From Clostridiales bacterium (lineage in GTDB: Bacteria; Bacillota; Clostridia; Oscillospirales; Acutalibacteraceae), in NCBI GenBank assembly GCA_018364155.1, contig JAGZMM010000003.1, positions 100,225-164,224 of the forward strand: a stretch of 64,000 bases of DNA, read 5' to 3'. A program made the position numbers and the translations under genes. Within the stretch, counting starts at the first letter, position 1. Every line of letters begins with the position of its first letter. Shown piece after piece: positions 1-9,415 of this stretch. The notes beneath the pieces are model-generated. The model was not told where the DNA came from. It did not search any database and saw only the letters and a list, made by a program, of their open reading frames with translations.

Positions 1-233
1 ATGAGGACATTGACGTGATCGACCGCATCGGCAGCGGCGACGCTTATGTGGCAGGGGTACTGTTCGGATTGGTTAAGTATAACTCGGTGGTGGAAGCCAT
101 CGAATTCGGAAACGCTTCCTCTGCGGTTAAGAACACCATTTTGGGTGACATGCCGGCCAGCGAGTTTGGGGAAATCAAGCGGGTGATCGACCTTCACAAT
201 TCCGATCACGATACCGGCGAGCTCAACCGCTGA
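1..233 (+). CDS. PfkB-family carbohydrate kinase (2-dehydro-3-deoxygluconokinase-like), C-terminal fragment; 5' end lies outside the window
   Basis: In-frame ORF to stop at 233. C-terminal PfkB signature GSGDAYVAGVLFGL...ASSAVKNT (the DTxGAGD-type catalytic region is upstream, out of view). Confidence 0.7.
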   Translation, partial: EDIDVIDRIGSGDAYVAGVLFGLVKYNSVVEAIEFGNASSAVKNTILGDMPASEFGEIKRVIDLHNSDHDTGELNR

Positions 234-375
234 GGTCGTTTTGCGCTGGAAAACGTGTAGCACCTGCCCTGTGGTTCTCCTCTTTATCCACAGCGGGATT
301 TTCCCGGTTGTGTTTAGGCAGTCCAAAGGACATGGTAACCTTTATTTCAGTAAATGCAGCCGCCATACAGAAGAA

Positions 376-409
376 AGTCCCTAGGTAGAATCTAGGGACT
401 TTTTCTTTT
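376..409 (+). terminator. Rho-independent terminator candidate downstream of the kinase gene
   Basis: Hairpin agtccctag/ctagggact (376-400) followed by ttttctttt. Confidence 0.5.
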
Positions 410-522
410 GCCTATCCTATTTTTAGTAAAACCAAGGAGTTATGATCCCAGGCTTATGAAACATCAGAGAGATTTCGCAAGGAACCGTCCTCAAACTCGC
501 CTGGTGCATCTACGGTTTGGCA

Positions 523-558
523 CATCAAAAGGGAGCCGGCACAGATGCGCCGGCTCCC
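523..558 (-). terminator. Rho-independent terminator candidate for the minus-strand polysaccharide operon
   Basis: 10-bp stem gggagccggc/gccggctccc (531-558). On the minus strand it is followed by a U-run (plus atcaaaa, 524-530). Confidence 0.5.
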
Positions 559-571
559 TGGATCGGATTTT

Positions 572-2164
572 TTATACGGTAAAATCATCCCGCTGCAAAG
601 AAAAGTTCGGGTTATAATAGGGATCGCCTTTTTCGATGAAAGCCTTCCATTTGGTCTGAAACCGGGCTTCATCCTTCTGAAATTGGGCCGAATCCTCTGT
701 GGCAGCCTTACCTTTTGCCTTGGGCACGTAATGGTAGAGCTCGGCATAGGGGGTAAACACGATCAATTGACCCTGTTCCCGCAGACGCAGGCAAAGGTCC
801 ACATCGTGAAAGGCAACCGCATAGTCTTCGCAAAAGCCGCCCGTTTGCTCAAATTTCTCCTTGGAAATCATCATGCACGCACCGGATACGGCGCTGAAAT
901 TCTGCGCGTACATCAGCCGGCCCATATAACCGGCGTCTCCCCGTGCCGCCCGGTAATGAACATGGCCGACGCTTCCTCGGATGCCGATGAGAAGTCCCGC
1001 GTGCTCAATGGTATTGTTCGGAAAATAGAGCTTAGCGCCCACTGCGCCCACGTCGTCACGCTGGGCGTACATGAGCATCTCCTCCAGCCATTTCGCAGAA
1101 ATCACCTTAGTATCGTCATCCAAAAAGACCAGATATTTTCCCTTTGCCTGACCTGCGGCAAAATTAAGCATCTTCGCGCGGTGAAAAGGATATTCCCAGG
1201 GAAGCAGACGAAGATTGGAGTGGTTATCCTTCTCTGCGCCATCCGTTCCCACCAGGAGAAGCTCGAAATTTTGATAGGTCGAATTCTGGTAGATGGAATC
1301 GATGCACCGCCGTCTCGCTGCCGCACTGCCGGCGCTGAGCATCACAATGGAAATCAGAGGCGTTTCTTTGAGCGCATATTCAATCCGGTAAAGCAGCGGA
1401 GCATTGGGCGCCTCCATGGCTCTGCCTTCGATGCCTTCCCGCTTAAGATAGTCGTTAAGCGCCCGAATTCCGGATGTAATGCAATAGGGCTTGACGCTAA
1501 TGTCTCCCGCCGTGGACCCCGCATGGCTGCGCCAGAAATAGAGAAGCTTTGGAATATGCACCACATGCTTTGCCTTTTGCGTCAGGCGCAATATGATGTC
1601 AAAATCCTGACTACCGTCATAATCGCCGGAGAAATAACCTACCTGATCAAGCAGCGCCCGGCTGAACACCGAAAAATGACAGATATAATTGTTGGCACGC
1701 AAATTATCCAACGCAAAATCCGGCTTGAAATGGGTTGCCACCGGGTTTTGGATGGTGCCGGAGAAGGTCATTTCATCGGTATAGATAAAGTCGGCGTCCT
1801 GTTCGGTAATCGCCTTCATCACTTCATAGAGCGCCGCCGGGTGAAGCAAATCATCGTGGTCAAATAAGCCGATGTAATCGCCTGTGGCCATCGCAATGCA
1901 CTGATTCGTGTTCCCGGAAATCCCCAGGTTCTCTGTAAGCACCTGATACCGTACACGCGCGTCCTGTTGCACATACCTGCGGCAGATGTCTCCCACATAG
2001 GCATGGGCCTCGTCGCTGCCGTCCGCCAGGCAAAGCTCCCATTTCCCATAGGTCTGTGCTCTCACCGAATCGATCATTTCGGTGAGAAAGTTTTCCGGGG
2101 TATTGTAAAGCGGGACTAAGATGCTGAAGGTGATGTTCCGGTCAAAGACCGTATTCTCCTGCAT
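572..2164 (-). CDS. Two-domain family-2 glycosyltransferase (RgpF/WbbL-like rhamnosyltransferase)
   Basis: Two GT2 signatures: SILVPLYN...DGSDE...DHDD and SIVMLSAG...DDDT. Start placed at ATG 2162-2164 (MQENTVF..), which has a GAGGAA RBS 6 nt upstream. The track ORF runs to 2425, but its first ~88 codons are basic low-complexity sequence. Confidence 0.75.
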   Translation of the reverse strand: MQENTVFDRNITFSILVPLYNTPENFLTEMIDSVRAQTYGKWELCLADGSDEAHAYVGDICRRYVQQDARVRYQVLTENLGISGNTNQCIAMATGDYIGLFDHDDLLHPAALYEVMKAITEQDADFIYTDEMTFSGTIQNPVATHFKPDFALDNLRANNYICHFSVFSRALLDQVGYFSGDYDGSQDFDIILRLTQKAKHVVHIPKLLYFWRSHAGSTAGDISVKPYCITSGIRALNDYLKREGIEGRAMEAPNAPLLYRIEYALKETPLISIVMLSAGSAAARRRCIDSIYQNSTYQNFELLLVGTDGAEKDNHSNLRLLPWEYPFHRAKMLNFAAGQAKGKYLVFLDDDTKVISAKWLEEMLMYAQRDDVGAVGAKLYFPNNTIEHAGLLIGIRGSVGHVHYRAARGDAGYMGRLMYAQNFSAVSGACMMISKEKFEQTGGFCEDYAVAFHDVDLCLRLREQGQLIVFTPYAELYHYVPKAKGKAATEDSAQFQKDEARFQTKWKAFIEKGDPYYNPNFSLQRDDFTV

Positions 2165-2463
2165 CCGCCGTTCCTCAGGGGAAAACACATAGTGCGCCAT
2201 AAACTCTCGTTCCCGCATCCGGCGGAATCTGCGCCGGCGTACCTTTTGCCAGGTGGCGCGGATGCCGTAGTTCTGAATGCTGAAAAATCCCTTGCAAAGG
2301 ATTTTTCCGTACCGGCTGTTTTTCAGGCCGCCCTTCTTTGCACGCGCAGGTTTCCCCATTTCCGAATCAGGCGCTGGATGGGGCGTGCGGTCTTTTGTCT
2401 TATATGTCTGTTCGTCCCTTTTCAACGGTGTATGATTCCTCCCGAGCCATCTCTGTCCTTCGT

Positions 2464-3192
2464 CTACATGCTTTTATAGGCATCACAGACGGTTTTCATA
2501 TCCCCAAGCATCTTAACATGCCCGTGGTCGAGCCACATCACATGCTTACAAAGCCGTTCAATCTGCTCAATCGAATGGGAGACAATCAGTACCGTCGTGT
2601 CGTTGGCCATCAATTCCTTGATGCGCTCTTCGCACTTTTGCTGAAATAAATAATCGCCCACCGATAAAATCTCATCCACAATCAGGATATCTGGTTTCGT
2701 AATGGTCGCCACGGCAAACCCCAGGCGCGCTACCATACCGGAGGAAAAGTTCTTGAGCGCCACATCCACAAAGTCCTGCAGCTCGGCAAATTCAATGATT
2801 TCGTCGAACTTTTCCTTCATATGCTTTTTCGTGTATCCCAGTACCAGTCCGTTTAAGATCACGTTCTCCCGTGCGGTCAGGTCCATGTCAAAACCCGCGC
2901 CCAACTCAATCAGCGGAGAAATCGTCCCGTGGGTTTTCGCCCAACCCTCGGTGGGCTTTAAAATCCCGGAAACCACCTTTAAAAACGTACTCTTTCCAGA
3001 GCCGTTGAGACCCACGATTCCAAACACATCGCCCTTTTCAATGTTGACGCTGACGTTTTGCAGCGCCGTGAATTCCTCAAAGCGCAACTGGCGCTTACAA
3101 AGCTTGATAAAGTATTCCTTAATGGAGTCCACCTTGTCCTTGGACATGTTGAACTTCATGGTAACATTGCTCACTTCAATCGCATTGGGCAC
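2464..3192 (-). CDS. ABC transporter ATP-binding protein for polysaccharide/teichoic acid export (Wzt/TagH/RgpD-like)
   Basis: Walker A GLNGSGKST, ABC signature and Walker B. N-terminus IEVSNVTMKF aligns with TagH-type proteins. GTG start at 3190-3192 is preceded by AAGAGGAGGGG. The track ORF is extended to 3294, overlapping the permease. Confidence 0.85.
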   Translation of the reverse strand: MPNAIEVSNVTMKFNMSKDKVDSIKEYFIKLCKRQLRFEEFTALQNVSVNIEKGDVFGIVGLNGSGKSTFLKVVSGILKPTEGWAKTHGTISPLIELGAGFDMDLTARENVILNGLVLGYTKKHMKEKFDEIIEFAELQDFVDVALKNFSSGMVARLGFAVATITKPDILIVDEILSVGDYLFQQKCEERIKELMANDTTVLIVSHSIEQIERLCKHVMWLDHGHVKMLGDMKTVCDAYKSM

Positions 3193-3209
3193 CCCGAATC
3201 CCCTCCTCT

Positions 3210-4004
3210 TTACACATACAGAATAAACTTGTCCTGCTTGCGCTTGAACGCCCATACGCCAAGCACCAAAAAGAACAGGGAACAGGCGGCGCATATAAGG
3301 TTCACCTCAAGCCCCGGAATCACGCCGTCCATCACGACCCGTCTGAAATAGGTCACATAGTAATACATGGGATTAAACTGTACAATGGACATGAGTGTCA
3401 AGCCTCCAAACTTGGTATCAGTCAGCAGGCTTTCCGGGTAAATGAGAGGGGTCAGGTACATCCACGCGGTGATGAAAACCGAATAGAGATGACCTACGTC
3501 CCGGAAAAATACGTTTAAGGTAGCCAGCAGCAGGCTCAGACCCACGGTAAAAACAAAAACATAGATCATCGGAATCGGGAAAAGCAAAATCGTCCAGTGA
3601 AAAGGCACCCCGTCAATGAGCATCATGACGAGCACCGCCACCAGAGAAAACAGCATGTTGACAAAGGCAAATACGGTTTTCTGAAGCGGAAAAATGTACT
3701 TGGGCAGATACACCTTTTTGATGAGCGACGCTCCGCTGATTACCGATGTTAGAGAATTGGAGGTGGCTTCCGACATAAAATTGAAAATCAACGCGCCGGT
3801 GAGGTAATAAGAAGCGAAGTATTCCTGTTTAAACCGGAACATCTGGCTGAACACGACCGAAATGACCAGCGCCATTAGAATCGGGTTGAGGATGCTCCAC
3901 AAAAATCCCAAAGCCGACCGTCGATATTTTACCTTCAAGTCCCTGGCCACCAAATCCATCAGCAGATGGCGGTACCGGGTGAATGTCTGCAAATACGCTT
4001 TCAA
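3210..4004 (-). CDS. ABC-2 type polysaccharide export permease (Wzm/TagG/RgpC-like)
   Basis: 264 aa, six predicted TM segments, ABC-2 family pattern. Sits immediately upstream of the ATPase. Confidence 0.85.
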   Translation of the reverse strand: MKAYLQTFTRYRHLLMDLVARDLKVKYRRSALGFLWSILNPILMALVISVVFSQMFRFKQEYFASYYLTGALIFNFMSEATSNSLTSVISGASLIKKVYLPKYIFPLQKTVFAFVNMLFSLVAVLVMMLIDGVPFHWTILLFPIPMIYVFVFTVGLSLLLATLNVFFRDVGHLYSVFITAWMYLTPLIYPESLLTDTKFGGLTLMSIVQFNPMYYYVTYFRRVVMDGVIPGLEVNLICAACSLFFLVLGVWAFKRKQDKFILYV

Positions 4005-4017
4005 ATCGTTTTCACCC

Positions 4018-4569
4018 TCATCTATTCAAGTCTTTGAACGCCCCGTTCTTTTTATCCTTCTCGCTTAAAAGGATTTCCATCCCTTCTGCAATCGGCCAAT
4101 CGATGCCGATGTCCGGGTCTGCGTAATAAAGAGCGCCCTCGTCGGTTGGATCGTAGAAACGGGTGCACTTATACACAAATTCCGCCACGTCCGACAGCAC
4201 CAAAAACCCGTGGGCAAACCCTTCGGGTACGTAAAACTGGCGCTTGTTCTCCTTGGAAAGAAGAACGCCGTGCCATTTGCCGTAGGTCTTGCTGCCAGGG
4301 CGGATGTCCACCGCCACGTCATAGACCTCTCCTTCGATGACCCGCACCAGCTTTCCCTGGGGGTTTTTTTTCTGGAAATGAAGGCCTCGCAGCACGCCCT
4401 TCTTGGAACGGGACTGGTTGTCCTGCACAAAGACCATGTCAAGACCGGCGGCCTTAAAGTCGTTGTAGTTGTAGGTCTCCATAAAATAGCCCCGGTTGTC
4501 GCCGAATACCTTCGGTTCAATGATATATAAGTCCTCAATGTCGGTTTTGATAAAGGTAAACTGTCCCAT
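4018..4569 (-). CDS. rfbC: dTDP-4-dehydrorhamnose 3,5-epimerase
   Basis: 183 aa with RmlC motifs: FGDNRGYF, RGLHFQ, DVAVDIR. Confidence 0.95.
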   Translation of the reverse strand: MGQFTFIKTDIEDLYIIEPKVFGDNRGYFMETYNYNDFKAAGLDMVFVQDNQSRSKKGVLRGLHFQKKNPQGKLVRVIEGEVYDVAVDIRPGSKTYGKWHGVLLSKENKRQFYVPEGFAHGFLVLSDVAEFVYKCTRFYDPTDEGALYYADPDIGIDWPIAEGMEILLSEKDKKNGAFKDLNR

Positions 4570-4687
4570 ATGTTTTCTTTCTCACCTTTCCATGGAAATC
4601 ATGCCCTGGCGGCGAAACCGCCGTGATATGGATATGTTTGGCTTCTGCCTGCCTTCGCATACAAAAGCCAAACATCAAATACACCGC

Positions 4688-5749
4688 TTATTTATCCGCG
4701 TACATCTTCTGGTAATACTTCTGATATTCGCCGCTGGTGACGTTCTTCATCCAGTCCATATGGTCCAGATACCACTGGATGGTCAGCTTGATGCCGTCCT
4801 CAAAGCAGGTCTCCGGGTACCAGCCCAGATCCTTCTTGATCTTTTCGGGATCGATGCCGTAACGGCGGTCGTGGCCCTTGCGGTCCTCCACATGCTTCAT
4901 CATGTGCTCGCCCACCGCCGGGTCCACATGCTCCTTGATGTAGGCAAGAATGGTCTTGACAATGAAAATATTGGGCCGCTCGTTGTGGCCGCCCACGTTA
5001 TACACCTCGCCCACCTTGCCATCGCGCACCACCATGTCGATGGCCTTGCAATGGTCCTCCACATACAGCCAGTCACGCACCTGCATGCCGTCGCCGTAGA
5101 TGGGCAGGTCCTTATGGGCCAAGGTATTGTTGATGATGAGGGGAATGAGCTTCTCCGGGAACTGGAAGGGGCCGTAGTTGTTCGAGCAGCGGGTGATGTT
5201 CACCGGGAATTTATAAGTATCGTGATACGCTTTCACGAACAGGTCGGCGCTGGCTTTGCTGGAAGAATAGGGACTGTGGGGGTCAAGCGGGGTCGTTTCC
5301 ATGAAATACCCGGTTTCGCCCAAAGAGCCGTACACCTCGTCAGTGGATACCTGCAAAAACTTACATCCGTCCTTATACTGGTCGTCGCCGGTCTGCCAGG
5401 CGAGCTTTGCGTTGTTTAACAGGTTGACCGTGCCGAGGACATTGGTCTTAACAAAGATTTCCGGGTCGGCAATGGAGCGGTCCACATGGCTTTCCGCAGC
5501 AAAGTTGACCACATAATCAAAGTCAAACTCTTGGAACAACGCCGCTACCGCTGCCTGGTCGCAAATGTCCACCTGCCGAAACACATAGTTCGGGTGGTTC
5601 TCCACCTCTTTGAGGTTTTCGAGGTTGCCTGCATAGGTCAGCTTATCGATGTTGACGATTTTCACATCGTCGTACTTTTTGAGCATGTACAGCACAAAAT
5701 TCGAGCCGATAAAGCCCGCGCCTCCGGTTACCAGATAGGTTTTCATCAT
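4688..5749 (-). CDS. rfbB: dTDP-glucose 4,6-dehydratase
   Basis: 353 aa with GGAGFIGSNF Rossmann motif, YSSSKAS catalytic motif, and RmlB-like C-terminus. Confidence 0.95.
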   Translation of the reverse strand: MMKTYLVTGGAGFIGSNFVLYMLKKYDDVKIVNIDKLTYAGNLENLKEVENHPNYVFRQVDICDQAAVAALFQEFDFDYVVNFAAESHVDRSIADPEIFVKTNVLGTVNLLNNAKLAWQTGDDQYKDGCKFLQVSTDEVYGSLGETGYFMETTPLDPHSPYSSSKASADLFVKAYHDTYKFPVNITRCSNNYGPFQFPEKLIPLIINNTLAHKDLPIYGDGMQVRDWLYVEDHCKAIDMVVRDGKVGEVYNVGGHNERPNIFIVKTILAYIKEHVDPAVGEHMMKHVEDRKGHDRRYGIDPEKIKKDLGWYPETCFEDGIKLTIQWYLDHMDWMKNVTSGEYQKYYQKMYADK

Positions 5750-5764
5750 CCTTGTCCGCCTTTC

Positions 5765-6649
5765 TTACATGTCCTTGAGGTTTTTCAGATAGCATTTCAG
5801 AGCTTCCTGCCAGTCGCGCATTTCGTCCCCCACCGTGCAACGCAGCATCCGGTTGTCCAGCGACGAGAAGGCGGGCCGCTTGGCCTTCTGCACATATTCC
5901 TGGGAGGTGACGGGACGGACCTTGCAGTCAATCCCCGCGTATTCCACGATCTTGCAGGCGAAATCGTACCAGGTGCATTCTCCTGTCCCCGTACAGTGGT
6001 ACACGCCGTACTGCTCGGTAGCCGCAGCCTTTAAGATATGATGGGCAAGGTCGGCGGCGTTGGTGGGATTGCCCCGCTGGTCGTTAACCACGGTGATTTC
6101 CTCATTTGCCTTGGCGATGCGCAGGATGGTCTTGACAAAGTTCTTCCCCACATAACCATAAAGCCAGGAAGTGCGCAGGATGAAATACTTTTTGCACAAT
6201 TCCCGTACGTACTGCTCGCCAAGGTATTTGCTCTTTCCGTAAATACTTTGCGGGTTGCACAGATCCCATTCCACGTAGGGAACACTTCCGTCCCCGGAGA
6301 ACACATAGTCGGTGGATACGTGCACAAGCTTCGCACCCATTTTGTCAGCAGCCAAGGCCATGTTCCGAGCCCCCAGGGCGTTTGCCTTAAATGCCACGTC
6401 CTGATTGTCCTCACAGCCTTCTACATTGGTCATGGCGGCGCAGTTGATCAGCAAATCAAAGGGATTTCCCTCAAAGAAACGGTTGACCGCCTCCTGATCC
6501 GCAATGTCCAGTTCATCTAAGTCCACACCAGTAACCTGGGCGTCTCGATAACATGCTGGGATGGCTCCCAGCTCCGACCGTCCCTCTTTTAAGATTTTCG
6601 CCAACTCATTTCCAAGCTGACCGTTTCGGCCCGTAATCAGTATTTTCAC
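5765..6649 (-). CDS. rfbD: dTDP-4-dehydrorhamnose reductase
   Basis: 294 aa RmlD pattern: MKILITGRNGQLG...YGKSKYLGE. Confidence 0.95.
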   Translation of the reverse strand: MKILITGRNGQLGNELAKILKEGRSELGAIPACYRDAQVTGVDLDELDIADQEAVNRFFEGNPFDLLINCAAMTNVEGCEDNQDVAFKANALGARNMALAADKMGAKLVHVSTDYVFSGDGSVPYVEWDLCNPQSIYGKSKYLGEQYVRELCKKYFILRTSWLYGYVGKNFVKTILRIAKANEEITVVNDQRGNPTNAADLAHHILKAAATEQYGVYHCTGTGECTWYDFACKIVEYAGIDCKVRPVTSQEYVQKAKRPAFSSLDNRMLRCTVGDEMRDWQEALKCYLKNLKDM

Positions 6650-6669
6650 GAAAACGTCTCCGTCCTTCC

Positions 6670-7545
6670 TTATACCTCGATGGTGTTAGCAATGTGGAAC
6701 AGGTAATCGCCGTACTCGCTCTTTTTAAACCGCTCGGCCTGCACGAGAAGCTGCTCCTTGTTGATAAAGCCGCGGCGGTAGGCGATTTCCTCAATGCAGG
6801 AAATATACAGTCCCTGCCTCGTCTGCACCGCTTCGACGAAATTGGCCGCGTCCAGCATGGCCCGGTGGGTTCCCGTATCCAGCCATGCCATTCCTCTACC
6901 GAAGAGCTCCACCTTCAGCTTGCCTTGTTCAAGATAGGCGTTGTTGACGGCGGTGATTTCCAGCTCGCCCCGGGCGGAAGGCTTGATGGACTTGGCAATC
7001 TCCACCACCTGGTTGTCGTAGAAATAAAGGCCGGGCACCGCATAGTTGGACTTGGGATGCTCCGGCTTTTCCTCAATGGAAAGAACCGTGCCGTTCTTAT
7101 CGAACTCCACCACACCGAAGGCTCTCGGTTCGCTGACATGGTAGCCGAAGATGGTAGCGCCTTCCTTGCGGCCCGCCGCCGCGGCCAGCCGGCCGGAGAA
7201 GCCGTAGCCGTAAAAGATGTTGTCCCCCAGCACCAGGCAGACATTGTCGTCTCCAATAAAGTCCGCCCCCAGGATGAAGGCTTCGGCCAGGCCGCGGGGC
7301 GCTTCCTGCACCACGTAGGAGAACTTGAGCCCCAAATGGCTTCCGTCTCCAAACAACTCCTGAAACACCGGCAGGTCTCTCGGAGTGGAGATGATCAGGA
7401 TTTCCTGAATTCCAGCCAGCATCAGGGTGGACAGGGGATAATAAATCATCGGCTTATCGTAGACGGTCAGAATCTGCTTGGAGCAGGCGATGGTCGACGG
7501 ATAAAGCCGGGTTCCCGCGCCGCCCGCAAGAATAATGCCTTTCAT
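6670..7545 (-). CDS. rfbA: Glucose-1-phosphate thymidylyltransferase
   Basis: 291 aa. [16 protein letters not shown] nucleotidyltransferase motif and the RmlA C-terminal tetramerisation region. Confidence 0.95.
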   Translation of the reverse strand: MKGIILAGGAGTRLYPSTIACSKQILTVYDKPMIYYPLSTLMLAGIQEILIISTPRDLPVFQELFGDGSHLGLKFSYVVQEAPRGLAEAFILGADFIGDDNVCLVLGDNIFYGYGFSGRLAAAAGRKEGATIFGYHVSEPRAFGVVEFDKNGTVLSIEEKPEHPKSNYAVPGLYFYDNQVVEIAKSIKPSARGELEITAVNNAYLEQGKLKVELFGRGMAWLDTGTHRAMLDAANFVEAVQTRQGLYISCIEEIAYRRGFINKEQLLVQAERFKKSEYGDYLFHIANTIEV

Positions 7546-7572
7546 ACAAAAACCTCATTTCCTATCGTTTCT

Positions 7573-8499
7573 TTATGCAAACAAGAGCTGCCCGGCCTTG
7601 CGGACCAGCCCATTCTTACCGTGTCCGTTGCGCAGAAGATGCGCCATGCGGTGAAGCTTGCCGTACTCCGGCATCCTCGCGTAACCCAGCACCAGCTCAG
7701 CTTGTTCTTTGGAAAGCCTGCCTTGATAACGCTCGTAGAAACCATCCGCCTGCCGGTAAGTATCGGTCAGCACCTTATGAATCTGTTCGGTTTTCGACAG
7801 CCTTGCCGCCACATATTTGGGATCCCGGACGTTCTTGGCTCCCACCTCATTGTTCCCATGCTGCCGATAGCGGATGGTGGGCTCGTCAACAAATCCGATC
7901 TTCCCAAAAGCCGCCGCCACCAGCGCCAACCACCAGTCGTGCATGATGGCGCTGGCGGGCGGATCCTTGGCTAAGTCGAGCAACGGGCGGTTTGCCAGCA
8001 TCGTGCAGCCGGTAACCACATTTTGCGCCAGCAGCTTTGAAAGGGAAACCCGGCGGCTGTCCAGGTTTTGCAGCCGGAACATGGACGGTGCGATGGTACG
8101 CAGGTTCTCGTCCACCACCTCAAGGTCGGTATGGACCAAAATCGGCGTTCCCGGCGGGTTCTCCCCCTCCAGGCGCTCCATCTCCCTCATGGTTTTTTCC
8201 ACCTTGTCGGGCAGCCACACGTCGTCGTGGTCACAGGTCATGGCGTAGGCGCTCTCGCTTAGGGAAAGAAGACGGAAGAAGTTCGCCTGGGCGCTGCCGG
8301 AATTTTCTGTATTTGGAATGACCCGTATTTTGGACGGGTATTTCGCTTCATATGCCAAAAGGATTTCCATAGTGCGGTCCTTGGAACCGTCGTCCCCAAT
8401 AAACAGCGTCCAATCGGTGTACGTTTGCTTTAGAATGGATTCGATCTGCTCGGCGACATAGGCTTCCCCTTGATAGACCGCCATCAAAATGTCAATCAT
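7573..8499 (-). CDS. Family-2 glycosyltransferase (putative rhamnosyltransferase)
   Basis: GT2 N-terminal DXD pattern (FIGDDGS ... DHDD). 4-nt overlap with the upstream gene. Confidence 0.85.
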   Translation of the reverse strand: MIDILMAVYQGEAYVAEQIESILKQTYTDWTLFIGDDGSKDRTMEILLAYEAKYPSKIRVIPNTENSGSAQANFFRLLSLSESAYAMTCDHDDVWLPDKVEKTMREMERLEGENPPGTPILVHTDLEVVDENLRTIAPSMFRLQNLDSRRVSLSKLLAQNVVTGCTMLANRPLLDLAKDPPASAIMHDWWLALVAAAFGKIGFVDEPTIRYRQHGNNEVGAKNVRDPKYVAARLSKTEQIHKVLTDTYRQADGFYERYQGRLSKEQAELVLGYARMPEYGKLHRMAHLLRNGHGKNGLVRKAGQLLFA

Positions 8500-9380
8500 G
8501 CCCCGGCCGTCCCTCCTTTTTCCCGGCTCATCTTCCCTTTTAAAAGGGTCAGCCCGTACTTGGCGTAAATCCCGGTATACACAAGTCCGGTAACAAAGGG
8601 GTTATATTGCTTTCGATAATGCTTTTGATAGAAAAGCAGCATGGCGTGATGAAAGTGATAAATAATGGGCTTCGACTTCTGGTGCAGGCCGCTTTGCCCT
8701 TTCAAATGGGTAATGGCCCCATCGGCAAAGTATACCACCCGGTACCCTTTTTCCTTGATGCGATAGCAAAGGTCCAGGTCCTCTCCGTACATAAAGAAGT
8801 CCTCATCGAACCCGCCCACCTGCTCATACACGGCTTTGGGCACCAGCATGCACGCGCCGGACACCGCGTCCACGTCGCTGTTCTTTTCAGGGTCGATAAA
8901 CGTTTGGTGATAGGCGCCGTATTTGGGATTGTCAGGATGCTTTTTGTCCATCCCCATAAAGTAATAAAGGGCGGCTAAGGGCGTGGGAAATCCCCGTTTG
9001 CAGCCGCTGTCCAGCGTCCCGTCCGGCAGCACGGTACGAAGGCCCAGCACGCCGATGGACGGATTCTCCTTTAGATAGGCAGCGCCTGCGTCGATGGCGC
9101 CATCGTGCACGATGGTATCCGAGTTTAAAAACAAGAGAAAATCGCCCCGTGCCTTCTTTGCTCCCAGATTGCACGCATGGCCGAATCCGTGGTTTTCTAC
9201 ACCGGAAAACACCCGCACCCGCCCGTCCTTCATCCCCAGATAGCGCTGGGCTTCGTTGCTGGAATTGTCCATCACCAGCACCTCAAAGGACACTTTATGG
9301 GTAGCGGCAAGCACCGACTCCACCGTCTGGGCCGTCAGGTCTTTCGTATTGTGATTGATGATGATTACCGATACGTCCAC
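8496..9380 (-). CDS. Family-2 glycosyltransferase
   Basis: SVIIINHN...DNSS...NSD GT2 pattern. GTG start at 9378-9380 has AGGAG 8 nt upstream. The track start at 9413 is TTG. Confidence 0.8.
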   Translation of the reverse strand: MDVSVIIINHNTKDLTAQTVESVLAATHKVSFEVLVMDNSSNEAQRYLGMKDGRVRVFSGVENHGFGHACNLGAKKARGDFLLFLNSDTIVHDGAIDAGAAYLKENPSIGVLGLRTVLPDGTLDSGCKRGFPTPLAALYYFMGMDKKHPDNPKYGAYHQTFIDPEKNSDVDAVSGACMLVPKAVYEQVGGFDEDFFMYGEDLDLCYRIKEKGYRVVYFADGAITHLKGQSGLHQKSKPIIYHFHHAMLLFYQKHYRKQYNPFVTGLVYTGIYAKYGLTLLKGKMSREKGGTAGA

Positions 9381-9415
9381 ATGGCACACTCCTGCTCGCA
9401 AATTTCGGCGCAAGG

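Noticed and set aside
545-1867. 440-aa plus-strand ORF
   Set aside because: Lies antisense to the well-supported two-domain GT2 gene. Low-complexity translation with no recognisable domains and no RBS; a typical GC-rich antisense artefact.
4496-5419. 307-aa plus-strand ORF
   Set aside because: Antisense to rfbB and the rfbC start. His/Leu/Val-rich low-complexity.
6694-7974. 426-aa plus-strand ORF
   Set aside because: Antisense to rfbA and the adjacent GT2. Gly/Arg-rich, no motifs.
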